From assembly GCA_043807015.1 (NCBI GenBank), contig JAZDGJ010000043.1, positions 1 through 48,377 of the forward strand: a DNA stretch of 48,377 bases, given 5' to 3'. Of this stretch, positions 9,335 to 19,166 are shown piece after piece (positions within the stretch are counted from its first letter, which is position 1; each line of letters opens with the position of its first letter). Source of the stretch: Candidatus Woesearchaeota archaeon. GTDB taxonomy: Archaea > Nanobdellota > Nanobdellia > Woesearchaeales > UBA10216. The translations under genes were made by a program, and so were the position numbers. The notes under the pieces are model-generated. The model searched no databases, had not been told where the DNA came from, and saw only the letters and a program-made list of their open reading frames with translations.

Positions 9335-10453
9335 TTAACCTTTTTCCTGTGCCGCAAAGGCGCTTATGCTTTCTTCCAGCTTGTCTCCGAGCCTCTGCCA
9401 GGAGTATTTTTCAACTATGCTGTTGTAGTCTGCCTTGCCTTTCTTTCTAAGGCAGGCAATTATTTTTTCTGCAAGGTCATGTGCTTCTGGCCGCGCGAGC
9501 TGATCAGGATGGTCTTTTAGCACCTCTTTGACATCTCCAATTGCAGTAGCCACAACACGGGTGTTGCACGCCATGTATTCCATCAGCTTGTAAGGAAAGG
9601 TGTACCTGCTTGTCTCATTTTCAGGTTGCGGCAGCACAGCAACGTTTGCAGCGTTTATTCCCATTACAACATCTTCCCTTCTCGGCAGCTCAAGCCATAT
9701 TATGCCTGGCTGTTTTATGTTGATTTCAGGGTCAACTTTTCCGCTCAAAAGCAAAACAGCATCCTTGTATTTTGATCTTATCCTTGCAAATGCGGCAAGA
9801 AGCATTTTTGCCCCCCTCTCTGCAGAAACGTGCCCTATATACGTTATTATTGGTGCGTTTTCTGGGAGCTTTAGGGCTTTGCGGCATTTTTCCATGGGCA
9901 TCGGCTTGAACATTCCCTCTATGCCGTTTTCAACCACTATTGTCCTGCCTTTTCTTATTCTCCCGACTTTGCTCTTAAGGCTCTGGCTGACGCATACAGC
10001 AAGGTCAGCTTTCCTTATCAGGAAGTTATTGACAAGCCTCATCAGTGTTCTGCCAATAATCCCTTTTCTCATTAGAGGTAGGCTTGCGAAGTCATATGTC
10101 TCGTAATTGTCACGCAGGTCATAAACAAACTTTTTCCTGCCCTTTGCAAGGTATGCCAGGAAGGCAAATAATGGGTGTGTTGTGCCGACAACTATGTCGC
10201 TTTTTTTTGCAAATCTCCTTGCCTCGCCAAGAAATTCCGGAATTTTCAGCAGGGTAAAAGGCCTCACTTCAGCTCTCATCCGGTGCATGTACCTCGTGAA
10301 TTTTTCTTTCCTTTCGTGGTCTCCCGCAAGTATTGTGACGCTGTGCCTTTTTTGCAGCGCTTCGCCAAGCCTTATCTCCCTGCCAAAATCCTGCAGCACG
10401 GCGTCTTTCCCCGTCGTGCTGGAAAACCTCTTTGTTACAATCAGAATTCTCAT
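9335..10453 (-). CDS. GT4 glycosyltransferase
   Basis: YIGHVSAERG, FPYKLMEYMAC, YSW; ATGA overlap with the upstream stop. Confidence 0.88.
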   Translation of the reverse strand: MRILIVTKRFSSTTGKDAVLQDFGREIRLGEALQKRHSVTILAGDHERKEKFTRYMHRMRAEVRPFTLLKIPEFLGEARRFAKKSDIVVGTTHPLFAFLAYLAKGRKKFVYDLRDNYETYDFASLPLMRKGIIGRTLMRLVNNFLIRKADLAVCVSQSLKSKVGRIRKGRTIVVENGIEGMFKPMPMEKCRKALKLPENAPIITYIGHVSAERGAKMLLAAFARIRSKYKDAVLLLSGKVDPEINIKQPGIIWLELPRREDVVMGINAANVAVLPQPENETSRYTFPYKLMEYMACNTRVVATAIGDVKEVLKDHPDQLARPEAHDLAEKIIACLRKKGKADYNSIVEKYSWQRLGDKLEESISAFAAQEKG

Positions 10454-11415
10454 TCTTCCTTCAGGTTTTCTTTGTACCAATCGTAAGTCTTTTTGATGCC
10501 CTGCTCCAAAGTGTGCTTTGGCTTCCAGCCAAGAACTTTCCTTGCCTTTGTGCTGTCAAGGTACTGCTTAAGTATCTCGTTTGGCGCATTTCCCAGTATC
10601 GTTATTTGCCCTTCTTTGCTGAGGGTTTTCATTATGAGCTTCACCAGCTCAGTAACGCTTATCGGATTGTTTGTGCCGAAGTTAAATGCCTCTCCTGCAA
10701 GCCTGTTGCCGTCCATTGCCCCCGCCAGCGTCAGATATGCATCAACTGCATCTTCAACATAAATGTAATCCCTTACAAGTGTGCCGTCGCTCCTTATTGT
10801 CGGCTTCTCGCCCTTAAGGAGAGACCTGATTGTTCCCGGGAATATCCTGCTCCAGTTTGAGTCTCCGCCGCCGTAAATGTTTCCGCACCTTGTTATCGCA
10901 ACATTGAGCCCGTAAGTCTTCGCATATGCCTGTGCCAGAAGGTCTGCGCAGCTTTTCGAAACGTCATAGGGGTGGCTTCCCTTGAGGCAGAATTCTTCTG
11001 TGTAAGGCAGCTTTTCCTGGTCGCCATAAGCCTTGTCGCTTGATGCAATCACCAGTCTCTTCAGGTTAAGGAGCCTTGCCGCCTCAAGCACGTTCCATGT
11101 TCCCTTGATGTTGCTCTCAAAAGTTGACAATGGCGACTTGTTGGCTATTCCGACAATTGTCTGCGCCGCAAGGTGGAATGCAATCTCAATGCTGTACTCG
11201 TTGAATGCCCTCATCAAAAGCTGCAGATCCTCAAGCTCGCCATAGACGCAGTTCACCTTGTCTAGCAGCCCGAAGTCTCTCATCCTGGAATCGCTCTTCC
11301 TGTCGCGCAGAAGGACAGTCACTTCCGCGCCTTCGTCAATAAGCCTGCTGACCAGCCAGCTTCCCAGGAAGCCGTCTCCCCCGGTTACAAAGACATGTTT
11401 TGATTTCCAGCTCAT
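10450..11415 (-). CDS. CDP-glucose 4,6-dehydratase-like NAD-dependent epimerase/dehydratase (RfbG-like)
   Basis: VTGGDGFLGSW, ASSDKAY, YDVSK, RCGNIYGGGD; ATGA-coupled to rfbF. Confidence 0.85.
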   Translation of the reverse strand: MSWKSKHVFVTGGDGFLGSWLVSRLIDEGAEVTVLLRDRKSDSRMRDFGLLDKVNCVYGELEDLQLLMRAFNEYSIEIAFHLAAQTIVGIANKSPLSTFESNIKGTWNVLEAARLLNLKRLVIASSDKAYGDQEKLPYTEEFCLKGSHPYDVSKSCADLLAQAYAKTYGLNVAITRCGNIYGGGDSNWSRIFPGTIRSLLKGEKPTIRSDGTLVRDYIYVEDAVDAYLTLAGAMDGNRLAGEAFNFGTNNPISVTELVKLIMKTLSKEGQITILGNAPNEILKQYLDSTKARKVLGWKPKHTLEQGIKKTYDWYKENLKEE

Positions 11416-12176
11416 CCCCACACCTTCCACGGAGCGCCTTTTTCCCACAGGTCGCCGAATGACTGGTAATCCTTGAATGTATCCATGCATTGCCAGAAGC
11501 CCTCCAGCTTGAAAGCTGCAATTTCCCTCTTAGCAGCAAGCGCCTCAAAGGGCTTTTTCTCAAGAGAATCATTCTCACCAATGTAGCTGAATATGCTGTG
11601 CTTGAAAACAAAGAATCCTCCGTTGATCCAGTAGTCAAGCCTCGGCTTCTCCCTGAAATTAGTGACAATGCCGTCATCGGTTTCAACAATGCCAAACTGT
11701 GAGTAAGGCCTTAGGCAGGCAATTGTTGCAATTTTTCCTTTCTTCCTGTGGAATTCAAGCAGCTCATTGATGTTGATGTCAGAAAGTCCGTCGCCGTATG
11801 TTGCGAAAAAGTCCTCTCCTTTCGGTATATACTTTTCTATCTGCTTGATTCTGCCTCCTGTGTTTGTCTCAATTCCTGTATCGGCAAATGTGATGTTCCA
11901 GTCTTCTTCTTCGGTGGAATGGTCTACCTTTTTCCGTTCCTTGGTTTGGAGCGTGAAATCCTTTGAGCGCCATTCCTCCTCAAGGAAGTATTTCTTTATC
12001 AGGTCGCCCTTGTAGCCAAGGCACAATATAAAATCCCTGAAGCCGTAATGTGCGTATATCTTCATTATGTGCCACAGAATCGGCTTGTTTCCTATCAGCG
12101 CCAATGGCTTTGGTATTTCCTCAGGATACTCCCTGAACCTTATTCCCTTTCCTCCGCATAATATTACTAGTTTCAT
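11412..12176 (-). CDS. rfbF: Glucose-1-phosphate cytidylyltransferase
   Basis: ILCGGKGIR, PKPL..IG.KPILWHIMK, DTG.ETNTGGRI, TYGDG, INGGFF, GFWQCMDT; the domain begins at ATG 12176. Confidence 0.9.
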   Translation of the reverse strand: MKLVILCGGKGIRFREYPEEIPKPLALIGNKPILWHIMKIYAHYGFRDFILCLGYKGDLIKKYFLEEEWRSKDFTLQTKERKKVDHSTEEEDWNITFADTGIETNTGGRIKQIEKYIPKGEDFFATYGDGLSDININELLEFHRKKGKIATIACLRPYSQFGIVETDDGIVTNFREKPRLDYWINGGFFVFKHSIFSYIGENDSLEKKPFEALAAKREIAAFKLEGFWQCMDTFKDYQSFGDLWEKGAPWKVWG

Positions 12177-12178
12177 TT

Positions 12179-12354
12179 GTTTACGGGGCTGTTTTTCAGC
12201 CCGTTCTTTGCTTACTGGTTTCCCAGTAAACAACTGAAACATCAGAATTCCATCATTTTTAATGGTATTGGATGGAATTCTGAGTGTGCTCAAAAACCAC
12301 ATGATTGTGGTTTTTGACAATCCCAACATTCGTAACATATCCTTCGGTTGGGAT
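12179..12354 (-). repeat. Array of five tandem hairpins flanked by 8-bp direct repeats (insertion-like element or structured leader)
   Basis: Stems 12186-91/12197-202, 12212-18/12223-29 (GAAA loop on minus strand), 12242-54/12271-83, 12290-301/12306-17, 12319-27/12347-55; TTTCATTT at 12171-78 and 12355-62. Confidence 0.75.
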
Positions 12355-12356
12355 TT

Positions 12357-13238
12357 TCATTTTCGCATCATGTCAGCAAGGAATCCGAACAGCACAATCT
12401 GTGCGCCAACTGTTATCAGCAGCATGCTCAGGATTAAGGTGGGCATCCTTCCCACTATTCCTGTTGTCAGGAATAAGTAGACCAGCCATATTCCCAGTGC
12501 TATGCCCATTGCAAAGAAAAGCCCGCCAATGGCACCGAAAAACTTCAGCGGCTCGTAATCCCTCAGTATCCTGAAAAGGTTTATCCACGCCCTTATAGCA
12601 TAGCCGAATGGGCTTCCTATCAGCCTGCTCTTGTCTTTTCTCTTTGCAAAGTAGACAGGCACTTCTGCAATTTTGAATTTTTCCCTGACAGCCCGGATTA
12701 TCTGCTCCTGGGTGTAGGTGTGATTTGAGATTATTGTTGCTCTCTGCGCCACTTCCCTTGTGAAAGCCCTGAAGCCTGTCTGCGCGTCGGTGATTTTCAT
12801 CCTTGTAATCTGTGAAATCGCATAGGAGAAAGCCATGTTGCCAATCCTTTTCATCAAAGGCATGGTCTCTATCTTTCCTAGAAACCTTGAGCCAAGCACG
12901 AGGTCGTATCCTGCTCCTATCTTTGCCAGGAGCTTTGGAATATCGGAAGCAAGATACTGTCCGTCAGCATCTGTATGCACAATCACATCTGCCTTTCTCT
13001 TTAGCGCCGCATCAACCTCAGTCCTGAACGTTTCTGCTAAGCCGTAATTCTTCGGGTGCTTTATGACCTCTGCGCCAGCCTGCTTCGCCGCTTCTGCAGT
13101 GTGGTCGGTGCTGCCGTCATCAACCACAAGAATCTCAAACTTGCGCTTTTCCCTGCCAAGGATTTCTTTTATGCTTCTGATTACATTTCCTATGGTTTTC
13201 TCCTCGTTAAACGCAGGTATTGTAACTATCAGATTCAT
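12357..13238 (-). CDS. GT2 glycosyltransferase with two C-terminal TM helices
   Basis: IPAFNEE, VDDGSTD, TDADGQY, DAQTGFRAF. Confidence 0.92.
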   Translation of the reverse strand: MNLIVTIPAFNEEKTIGNVIRSIKEILGREKRKFEILVVDDGSTDHTAEAAKQAGAEVIKHPKNYGLAETFRTEVDAALKRKADVIVHTDADGQYLASDIPKLLAKIGAGYDLVLGSRFLGKIETMPLMKRIGNMAFSYAISQITRMKITDAQTGFRAFTREVAQRATIISNHTYTQEQIIRAVREKFKIAEVPVYFAKRKDKSRLIGSPFGYAIRAWINLFRILRDYEPLKFFGAIGGLFFAMGIALGIWLVYLFLTTGIVGRMPTLILSMLLITVGAQIVLFGFLADMMRK

Positions 13239-13328
13239 AGGCGTCCGTGTTCAAAGTGGATTTATATATGTTTCTATGTGAATATGCAAACAACAAACTA
13301 TTTATATGAGCTTTTTTGCCGTTGCAGT

Positions 13329-14366
13329 ATGAAGATTTTTGTCAGCGGCGGCGGGGGATTTATTGGAAGTAATGTCGCTGAATATTACGCAAGGCTCGGG
13401 CATGACGTCGTCGTTTTGGACAACCTTTCAAGGGCTAAGCTTCTGAAGAAGGACATCAAGAGCCTTGACTACAACATAAAGTTCCTCCAGCAGTTCAAAA
13501 ACGTAAAGTTTATTCTTGGTGATGTCGCTAAAAAGGAAGATGTCCTTTCTGCCTCAAAAGACGCGGATGTTTTCTTCCACCTGGCAGCCCAGACTGCAGT
13601 GACAACTTCTGTAACAGATCCAGAGCCTGACTTCCAGTCAAATGCTCTCGGCACGTTTAATGTAATGGAAGCAGCCAGGAAATCCCAAAAAAACCCCGCA
13701 GTAATCTATGCCTCTACAAACAAGGTCTACGGCAACAACCCGAACTCAATAGGCATTGTTGAAAAGCAGGACCATTATGAGTTTGAGCAGAAGTTTGCAA
13801 AGGGAATTCCTGAGTCATTCTCAATAGACTACTGCGAGCATACCCCATACGGCTGCTCAAAACTAACAGGGGATCTCTACGTTCAGGACTATGCCCATGT
13901 CTACGGCTTGAAGACAGGCGTTTTCAGGATGTCCTGCATTTACGGCACAAGGCAGTTTGGTGTTGAAGACCAGGGCTGGGTAGCCTGGTTTGCAATTGCC
14001 ACAATTCTTGGCAAGCCAATAACAATCTATGGAGACGGCAAGCAGGTCCGTGATGTCCTGTTCGTAAAAGACCTGATAGAGCTTTACAATTCTTTCCTGA
14101 ACAGCAAGCTCAAGCACGGTGTTTTTAACGTTGGCGGCGGTCCTGAAAATACAATGTCGCTCCTCCAGCTCCTGGACATGCTTGAGAAGCTGACTGGAAA
14201 GCGCAGCACAATTTCCTATTCAGACTGGAGACCCTCAGACCAGAAGGTATTCATAGCAGACATTGCAAAAGCAGGCAGGGAGCTTGGCTGGAAGCCAAAA
14301 ATCTCGCCAAAGGAAGGCGTGAAGCAGCTGGTTGACTTTGTCAATGCAAATAAAAACCTCTTTTGA
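13329..14366 (+). CDS. CDP-tyvelose/paratose 2-epimerase-like NAD-dependent epimerase
   Basis: GGGGFIG, HLAAQTAVTTS, STNKVYG, YGCSK, FRMSCIYG..Q.G.EDQGWVAWF; TATA at about 13300. Confidence 0.85.
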   Translation: MKIFVSGGGGFIGSNVAEYYARLGHDVVVLDNLSRAKLLKKDIKSLDYNIKFLQQFKNVKFILGDVAKKEDVLSASKDADVFFHLAAQTAVTTSVTDPEPDFQSNALGTFNVMEAARKSQKNPAVIYASTNKVYGNNPNSIGIVEKQDHYEFEQKFAKGIPESFSIDYCEHTPYGCSKLTGDLYVQDYAHVYGLKTGVFRMSCIYGTRQFGVEDQGWVAWFAIATILGKPITIYGDGKQVRDVLFVKDLIELYNSFLNSKLKHGVFNVGGGPENTMSLLQLLDMLEKLTGKRSTISYSDWRPSDQKVFIADIAKAGRELGWKPKISPKEGVKQLVDFVNANKNLF

Positions 14367-14371
14367 TTGGC

Positions 14372-15085
14372 ATGAAAATTTCTATAGTTATCCCGGCGCA
14401 TAATGAGGAAGCGAATCTTCCTTCTCTTGTTGACTCCCTTGTGCAGCTTGGCGAGAGCCAGAAGTGGGACTATGAAATCGTAATTGGTGACGACCACAGC
14501 GCTGACAGCACAGGCAGAATTGCTGATGAATACTCAAAGAAAAATCCGAGAATAACAGTAATACATAGGCGCAACAGCATCAGGGGAATGGGAAACACTT
14601 TGAAGGAAGCCACAAAAGCTGCAACCGGCGACGTAATAATCTGGACAATGGCTGACAAGTCTGATGCCCTGGAAACATATCCGCTTATGGTTGCAAAAAT
14701 CAACGATGGCTATGACCTGGTTTTTGGCGCAAGGTACATTAAAGGAGGCTCAAAGGGAGATTTGGCATCCCACAAGGCATTCTCAAGCCAGACCTACAGC
14801 CGCATCGCAGGATTTATTTTTGGCATGAAAGTCCATGACATCACAAATGCGTTCAGGGCTTTCAGGAAGGCTGTTTTTGACTCAATCGAGCTCGAGTCAG
14901 GCGATTTCGCAATCTCGCCGGAGTTTGCAATCAAGGCGCATCTTCTCGGCTACAGGCTTGGGGAAGTTCCAACCACTTATTCTGACAGGAAAGCAGGCAA
15001 GACAACTTTCAAGATTATGAAGATGGGCTTGCGCTACGGCTCACTTTTCAAATACCGGTTTATGCCTGTAAAGAAAAAGCAGTAG
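14372..15085 (+). CDS. GT2 glycosyltransferase (DPM1-like)
   Basis: IPAHNEE, DDHSADST, MADKSD, DITNAFRAF. Confidence 0.9.
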   Translation: MKISIVIPAHNEEANLPSLVDSLVQLGESQKWDYEIVIGDDHSADSTGRIADEYSKKNPRITVIHRRNSIRGMGNTLKEATKAATGDVIIWTMADKSDALETYPLMVAKINDGYDLVFGARYIKGGSKGDLASHKAFSSQTYSRIAGFIFGMKVHDITNAFRAFRKAVFDSIELESGDFAISPEFAIKAHLLGYRLGEVPTTYSDRKAGKTTFKIMKMGLRYGSLFKYRFMPVKKKQ

Positions 15086-17239
15086 GCATGCGATGAATGC
15101 TGCTGCAGAGAAATAAAAAAGCACTTTTCTCAATGGCGAAGGATGGGCAATAATCTCAATTTCGTGCCTGCCTCCTTCAACTTTTATTGCGATTGTGTTG
15201 AATGCAGTCCTCATAAACGGAACATCTTTCCCATCTACCATGACTTCAAGCCACGGGTAATATGAATAGGCGAGCATAAGGTAAGCTGGGGTTGTCTCAA
15301 CTTCCAATGCAACCCTGCTTAGCTCAGTCTTTGCGCTTATCACTCTTGCAGTTGCAGAGGCATTTGAGCCTGTGCTTTCATTTGAGCCTTCTTTCAGGGG
15401 TATGCTTTCATGCACCCTGCTGATAAGGGCATCAGTTATGTCTGAGTTTATAGCCCTCTGCTCAAATTTAATCCTCATGAGCCACGGCTGTTCGCTGTCA
15501 AGCTCTGTTGCATAGCAGCACTCAACTGATTCCGCAGCGATAACCTGGGTGCTGTTCAGCGTTATTATGCTCAGGTTTCTCTCAAGGCCCAGGCTTGGCG
15601 ATTTGTCGCTGAATGTTTCTTCTGCATTCCTGCCTATCTGGCTGTTGTGGATGATTACGTATTTGACGTTGAACATTTCCAGGCCATGGATTGTTGCTTC
15701 TGACATTGGCTGCTGCAGGTCATAGATTTCATGCGCGGCTTTCTGGGAGATTGCCGCAAGATAGGGTATGCTTGGCGGCGATGATTCTATCACTGGCGAG
15801 AAGACTGTCTGCAAGCCAGCATCAGTATAGAGCTTTGACGGCCAGTATGTCCTTCTGTTGCTGTGAAGGTCCAATACCCTGAAATCAGATTTGTCCAGTG
15901 CGATTTCCCTGTGGAGGGCTTCCTGGTAGGAGTCATCTATGTATGTTGCCTGGTAGAATGACGGGAAGAAATCAATCATGATTATCACAGCTATTATGAT
16001 GAAGGCTCTTGGCTTTGGCAATGCCAGCATTGATATTCCTGCAAGGGCTGAGAGCATTAGCACCAAAACAGGTAGGTAGCGCGGAGACTGCACAAATGTA
16101 AGTAGCAGGGCAACCGCCAGAGAAATTGCCATTGCTTTTCCTGGCTCAAGCTTTTTCCTGAAAGCATAAATTGCTCCTGTTGCTGCAAGCAAAATGGTGA
16201 TTATTCCAAGATAGAATATTTCCCTGTAGCCCGGCAGCAAGTGCCACGTTAGCGCGCCAATTAAAGCCTGCCCATCTGGCATTTTAAGCGCAAGGTTGCC
16301 AGATGCCTTTTCAGATGCCGTGATTGTGTTTTTTTCCATGAAGAATGGCGCAGCCCAGACTGAAACAATCAGCAGGAATATGGCGCCGGCTGCTGCCAAT
16401 GGCATGATTTTCCTGCTCCTTATCAGCGCATAAACTGCAAAGATTGCTATTATGAATGCGCCGTCTGCAGGATGGGTGAAAAAAAGCAGCGAGCAAACCA
16501 GCGCGATAGCAGGAATAACCTGCTTTTTCCCGATGTACTTTTCAAACACCAGAAATAGCAGCGGCGCAAGTGCATAGAGCATCGCTGCCTGCGTCCTGCC
16601 TATCATTATCCTTCCGATGTGCTCAAGGCTCAGCGAGTAGGCAAGCGCGCCGATGAAAGCAGCCTTTTTGCTGTTTGATATTTTTTCAATAAAGAGGAAT
16701 GCAAAAATTGAACCTGCTACTTGGGCAATGAACATATAAAGCTTAACCGCAGTGTTTATGTCGCCTGTTATGAAACCAAGGAGACCGGCTGCAAGCGGAG
16801 CCAGGAAGCCGTATGCAGAGAATATGCTCACGCCAGCGTTCCAGTAAAAATTCCAGAATGGAACCTGAAGGTGCCTTATCGCATCATGGGCATACCGCGC
16901 TGTTGCTGTAAATGCTGCTGCATCCCCCAATGCGACATCTCCAGGCGCAAAATAGAAAACAGATATTGTTGCAATGATGGCAGCCAGAAGGGCAATTGGC
17001 AGCCGTTTCTTCCTGAACAAGGCTTCTATTGCCTCTGGTTTTTTTAGCAGAAGAATGAGGCAAGAGACCAATACTGCTGCCAGGGCTAAGCATAGAATTA
17101 TCACCCAGGCGCTTATGCAGCCTGCAAGATGAAGGTTTTGACTCAGGGCGCATCTCTTGATTTCCGGAAGCGCTTTCAGCTGCAGCAAGGAATAGAGAGC
17201 AACCGCTGCTGTAACCAATGCAATTAGCTTGCCTTTCAT
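15041..17239 (-). CDS. Large membrane protein, YfhO/PTPS-related GT-C-like
   Basis: Multi-TM; PFWNFYWNAG, C-terminal SYYPWLEVMVDG..GRHEIEI typical of YfhO-like proteins. Confidence 0.7.
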   Translation of the reverse strand: MKGKLIALVTAAVALYSLLQLKALPEIKRCALSQNLHLAGCISAWVIILCLALAAVLVSCLILLLKKPEAIEALFRKKRLPIALLAAIIATISVFYFAPGDVALGDAAAFTATARYAHDAIRHLQVPFWNFYWNAGVSIFSAYGFLAPLAAGLLGFITGDINTAVKLYMFIAQVAGSIFAFLFIEKISNSKKAAFIGALAYSLSLEHIGRIMIGRTQAAMLYALAPLLFLVFEKYIGKKQVIPAIALVCSLLFFTHPADGAFIIAIFAVYALIRSRKIMPLAAAGAIFLLIVSVWAAPFFMEKNTITASEKASGNLALKMPDGQALIGALTWHLLPGYREIFYLGIITILLAATGAIYAFRKKLEPGKAMAISLAVALLLTFVQSPRYLPVLVLMLSALAGISMLALPKPRAFIIIAVIIMIDFFPSFYQATYIDDSYQEALHREIALDKSDFRVLDLHSNRRTYWPSKLYTDAGLQTVFSPVIESSPPSIPYLAAISQKAAHEIYDLQQPMSEATIHGLEMFNVKYVIIHNSQIGRNAEETFSDKSPSLGLERNLSIITLNSTQVIAAESVECCYATELDSEQPWLMRIKFEQRAINSDITDALISRVHESIPLKEGSNESTGSNASATARVISAKTELSRVALEVETTPAYLMLAYSYYPWLEVMVDGKDVPFMRTAFNTIAIKVEGGRHEIEIIAHPSPLRKVLFYFSAAAFIACLLLFLYRHKPVFEK

Positions 17240-17262
17240 TGCTTGTGGGCATTCAAGCAGAA

Positions 17263-17272
17263 TATTTAAATA
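17263..17272. promoter_or_regulatory. Palindromic TATA box shared by two divergent genes
   Basis: TATTTAAATA perfect palindrome, 23 nt and 22 nt from the ATGs at 17239(-) and 17295(+). Confidence 0.7.
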
Positions 17273-17294
17273 ATGCTGTCTTTCCAAACGCACT

Positions 17295-19166
17295 ATGGCT
17301 TTTATCAGCATATTGCTGTTCTTCCTCTACACCTGGGGATTGGGCTTTGGCGCAACAAGGTGGATGAAGAATTCAGAAAATTTCTTTGAAAGGAACCTCA
17401 TAAGGATAGGCATAGGTCTCGGCATTATCCCGCTGCTTATCGTTATCTTCAACGTGCTGCACATCGCAATAATGCAGGAAATTTTCATGGTGCTTGCCCT
17501 GGCAGGACCAATTTATGCGCTGGCCAGGGAAAGAAAAGTCAGCATTCCTCCGCTAAGGCTCACAAAGTCAAATCTTGCGGTGCTTATTGCCGTCATAATT
17601 TTCTTTGCCTCGCTCTTCATTTACAGCTCAGGCGCTTTTAAGTATCCTTATCTTGAGAATGATGATCCCTGGGGGCATGCCGCTGCTTCAAAATACGTCG
17701 CAGACGAAAAGACTGTAAGCCAGTCAGAATACCGCACTTTCCAGTACCTTAGCCCCTATCCTCCGGGATATGACGGCTTCCTCGGGCTTATGGCGCAATC
17801 CAATGATTCTGTATACTGGACCCTGAAGTTTTTCAACGCATTGATTATATCTTTGGGCATACTGTTCTTTTTTTTCTTTGCAAGGGAGTTCACAGGCAGT
17901 CTTTCCAAATCGCTGATAGCCACATTTATTCTTGCTTCTGTCCCGTGCTATTTAAGCCATTTCATCTGGGCGCATGCCCTCACAATGACGCTTTTCTTCC
18001 CGGCAATGTATTGCCTGGAGATGATAAAGCATGACAGGAAGTGGATTTTTCCTGCAAGCTTTGTGATAAGCGGATTGATGGTCTCTGACCCGACTACTGC
18101 CTTGAAGCTTGTTGCTATGATGGGCATTTACTTTGCCGTGAAGTCAATTGCCATGAAGAAATTCTCGGTTGCGCATTTCTCTGCGCTTGCGCTCGGCAGT
18201 CTGCTTTCATTGTTTTGGTGGGCTCCGAATGCAAAAGGCTTCTTCTCAATGGTTGAAAACGGCGGCACCACTGTTGGTGAAGCTGTCGCCTCAAACACAA
18301 ATCTTTTTGTGAAAATCTTCCACATAATACAGGGCGCATTTCCGACAGACAGCGGCACAGCCAGCAGGGCTTACTCTTTCAGCGACTTTTTCATGGCCCA
18401 AAAAGCGAACATGATTAACAACCCGATAGGAATTGGCGTTGCTGTCTCAGTTCTCGCCATAATCGGGCTCGCAGTGGTCTGCCTCAGGTACAGGTCCTGG
18501 CTGCAGGAGAAGGGCGGCTATCTCCTGATAACGCTGTGCTGGGGTGTATTCGCATTTTTGGGCGTTAACAGCATCACTTTCAACCTCCCAATTGGATTTT
18601 TTGCCTTCCGCTTCTGGATGATTCTCGCAGTGCCAGTTGCCCTGCTGGCTGCAGAAGGCATAATGCTCCTTTCAGGCATGGTGAATATGAAAGCTGTCAA
18701 GGCAGCCATTATTGTAGCGTTGATTGTGGCAGTCACATTTACATCAGGCATCCAGAAATATGCAGTCAACACAGCCCCTTGGGGAGCTGGTGCTTTCTGG
18801 ACCTACGAAATGACGCCGCAGGGTCCCCAGTCGTATGAGCTTGCAGGCTATGTCTGGCTTCATACGCTGCCGCCAAACACAAAAGTGTTTTCTTTCCTGA
18901 CTGATGACCAGGTGATTGGGTTTGACAAGTTTTCATGCGGCTGGTGCAAGGATGAGTCAGAGCTCAGGAAAAGAGGATTAAACATTACTGGCGAGGAAAT
19001 GCATTCCTGGATGCTTGAGCACGGCTACCAGTATCTTTTGGTTGGCGGCATGGAGGTCAGGAATTTCGGGCAGGATGCAGTTGACTCTTTCATCGACAGC
19101 ATCCAGAACTCAACGCTTTTCTCACTGGCCCACCAGACAAACGGGCTTATTGTGCTTAAAGCCTGA
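17295..19166 (+). CDS. GT-C-like membrane protein (AglB/STT3-like first-loop motif)
   Basis: Multi-TM; ENDDPWGH ... YPPGY; soluble C-terminal domain; no WWDYG. Confidence 0.65.
   Translation: MAFISILLFFLYTWGLGFGATRWMKNSENFFERNLIRIGIGLGIIPLLIVIFNVLHIAIMQEIFMVLALAGPIYALARERKVSIPPLRLTKSNLAVLIAVIIFFASLFIYSSGAFKYPYLENDDPWGHAAASKYVADEKTVSQSEYRTFQYLSPYPPGYDGFLGLMAQSNDSVYWTLKFFNALIISLGILFFFFFAREFTGSLSKSLIATFILASVPCYLSHFIWAHALTMTLFFPAMYCLEMIKHDRKWIFPASFVISGLMVSDPTTALKLVAMMGIYFAVKSIAMKKFSVAHFSALALGSLLSLFWWAPNAKGFFSMVENGGTTVGEAVASNTNLFVKIFHIIQGAFPTDSGTASRAYSFSDFFMAQKANMINNPIGIGVAVSVLAIIGLAVVCLRYRSWLQEKGGYLLITLCWGVFAFLGVNSITFNLPIGFFAFRFWMILAVPVALLAAEGIMLLSGMVNMKAVKAAIIVALIVAVTFTSGIQKYAVNTAPWGAGAFWTYEMTPQGPQSYELAGYVWLHTLPPNTKVFSFLTDDQVIGFDKFSCGWCKDESELRKRGLNITGEEMHSWMLEHGYQYLLVGGMEVRNFGQDAVDSFIDSIQNSTLFSLAHQTNGLIVLKA

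Noticed and set aside
13056-13328. N-terminal extensions in the ORF track (also 25130-25399, 2479-2547, 11416-11490, 17240-17311, 32989-33039)
   Set aside because: They overlap neighbouring genes or promoters; domain starts and TATA spacing point to downstream ATGs
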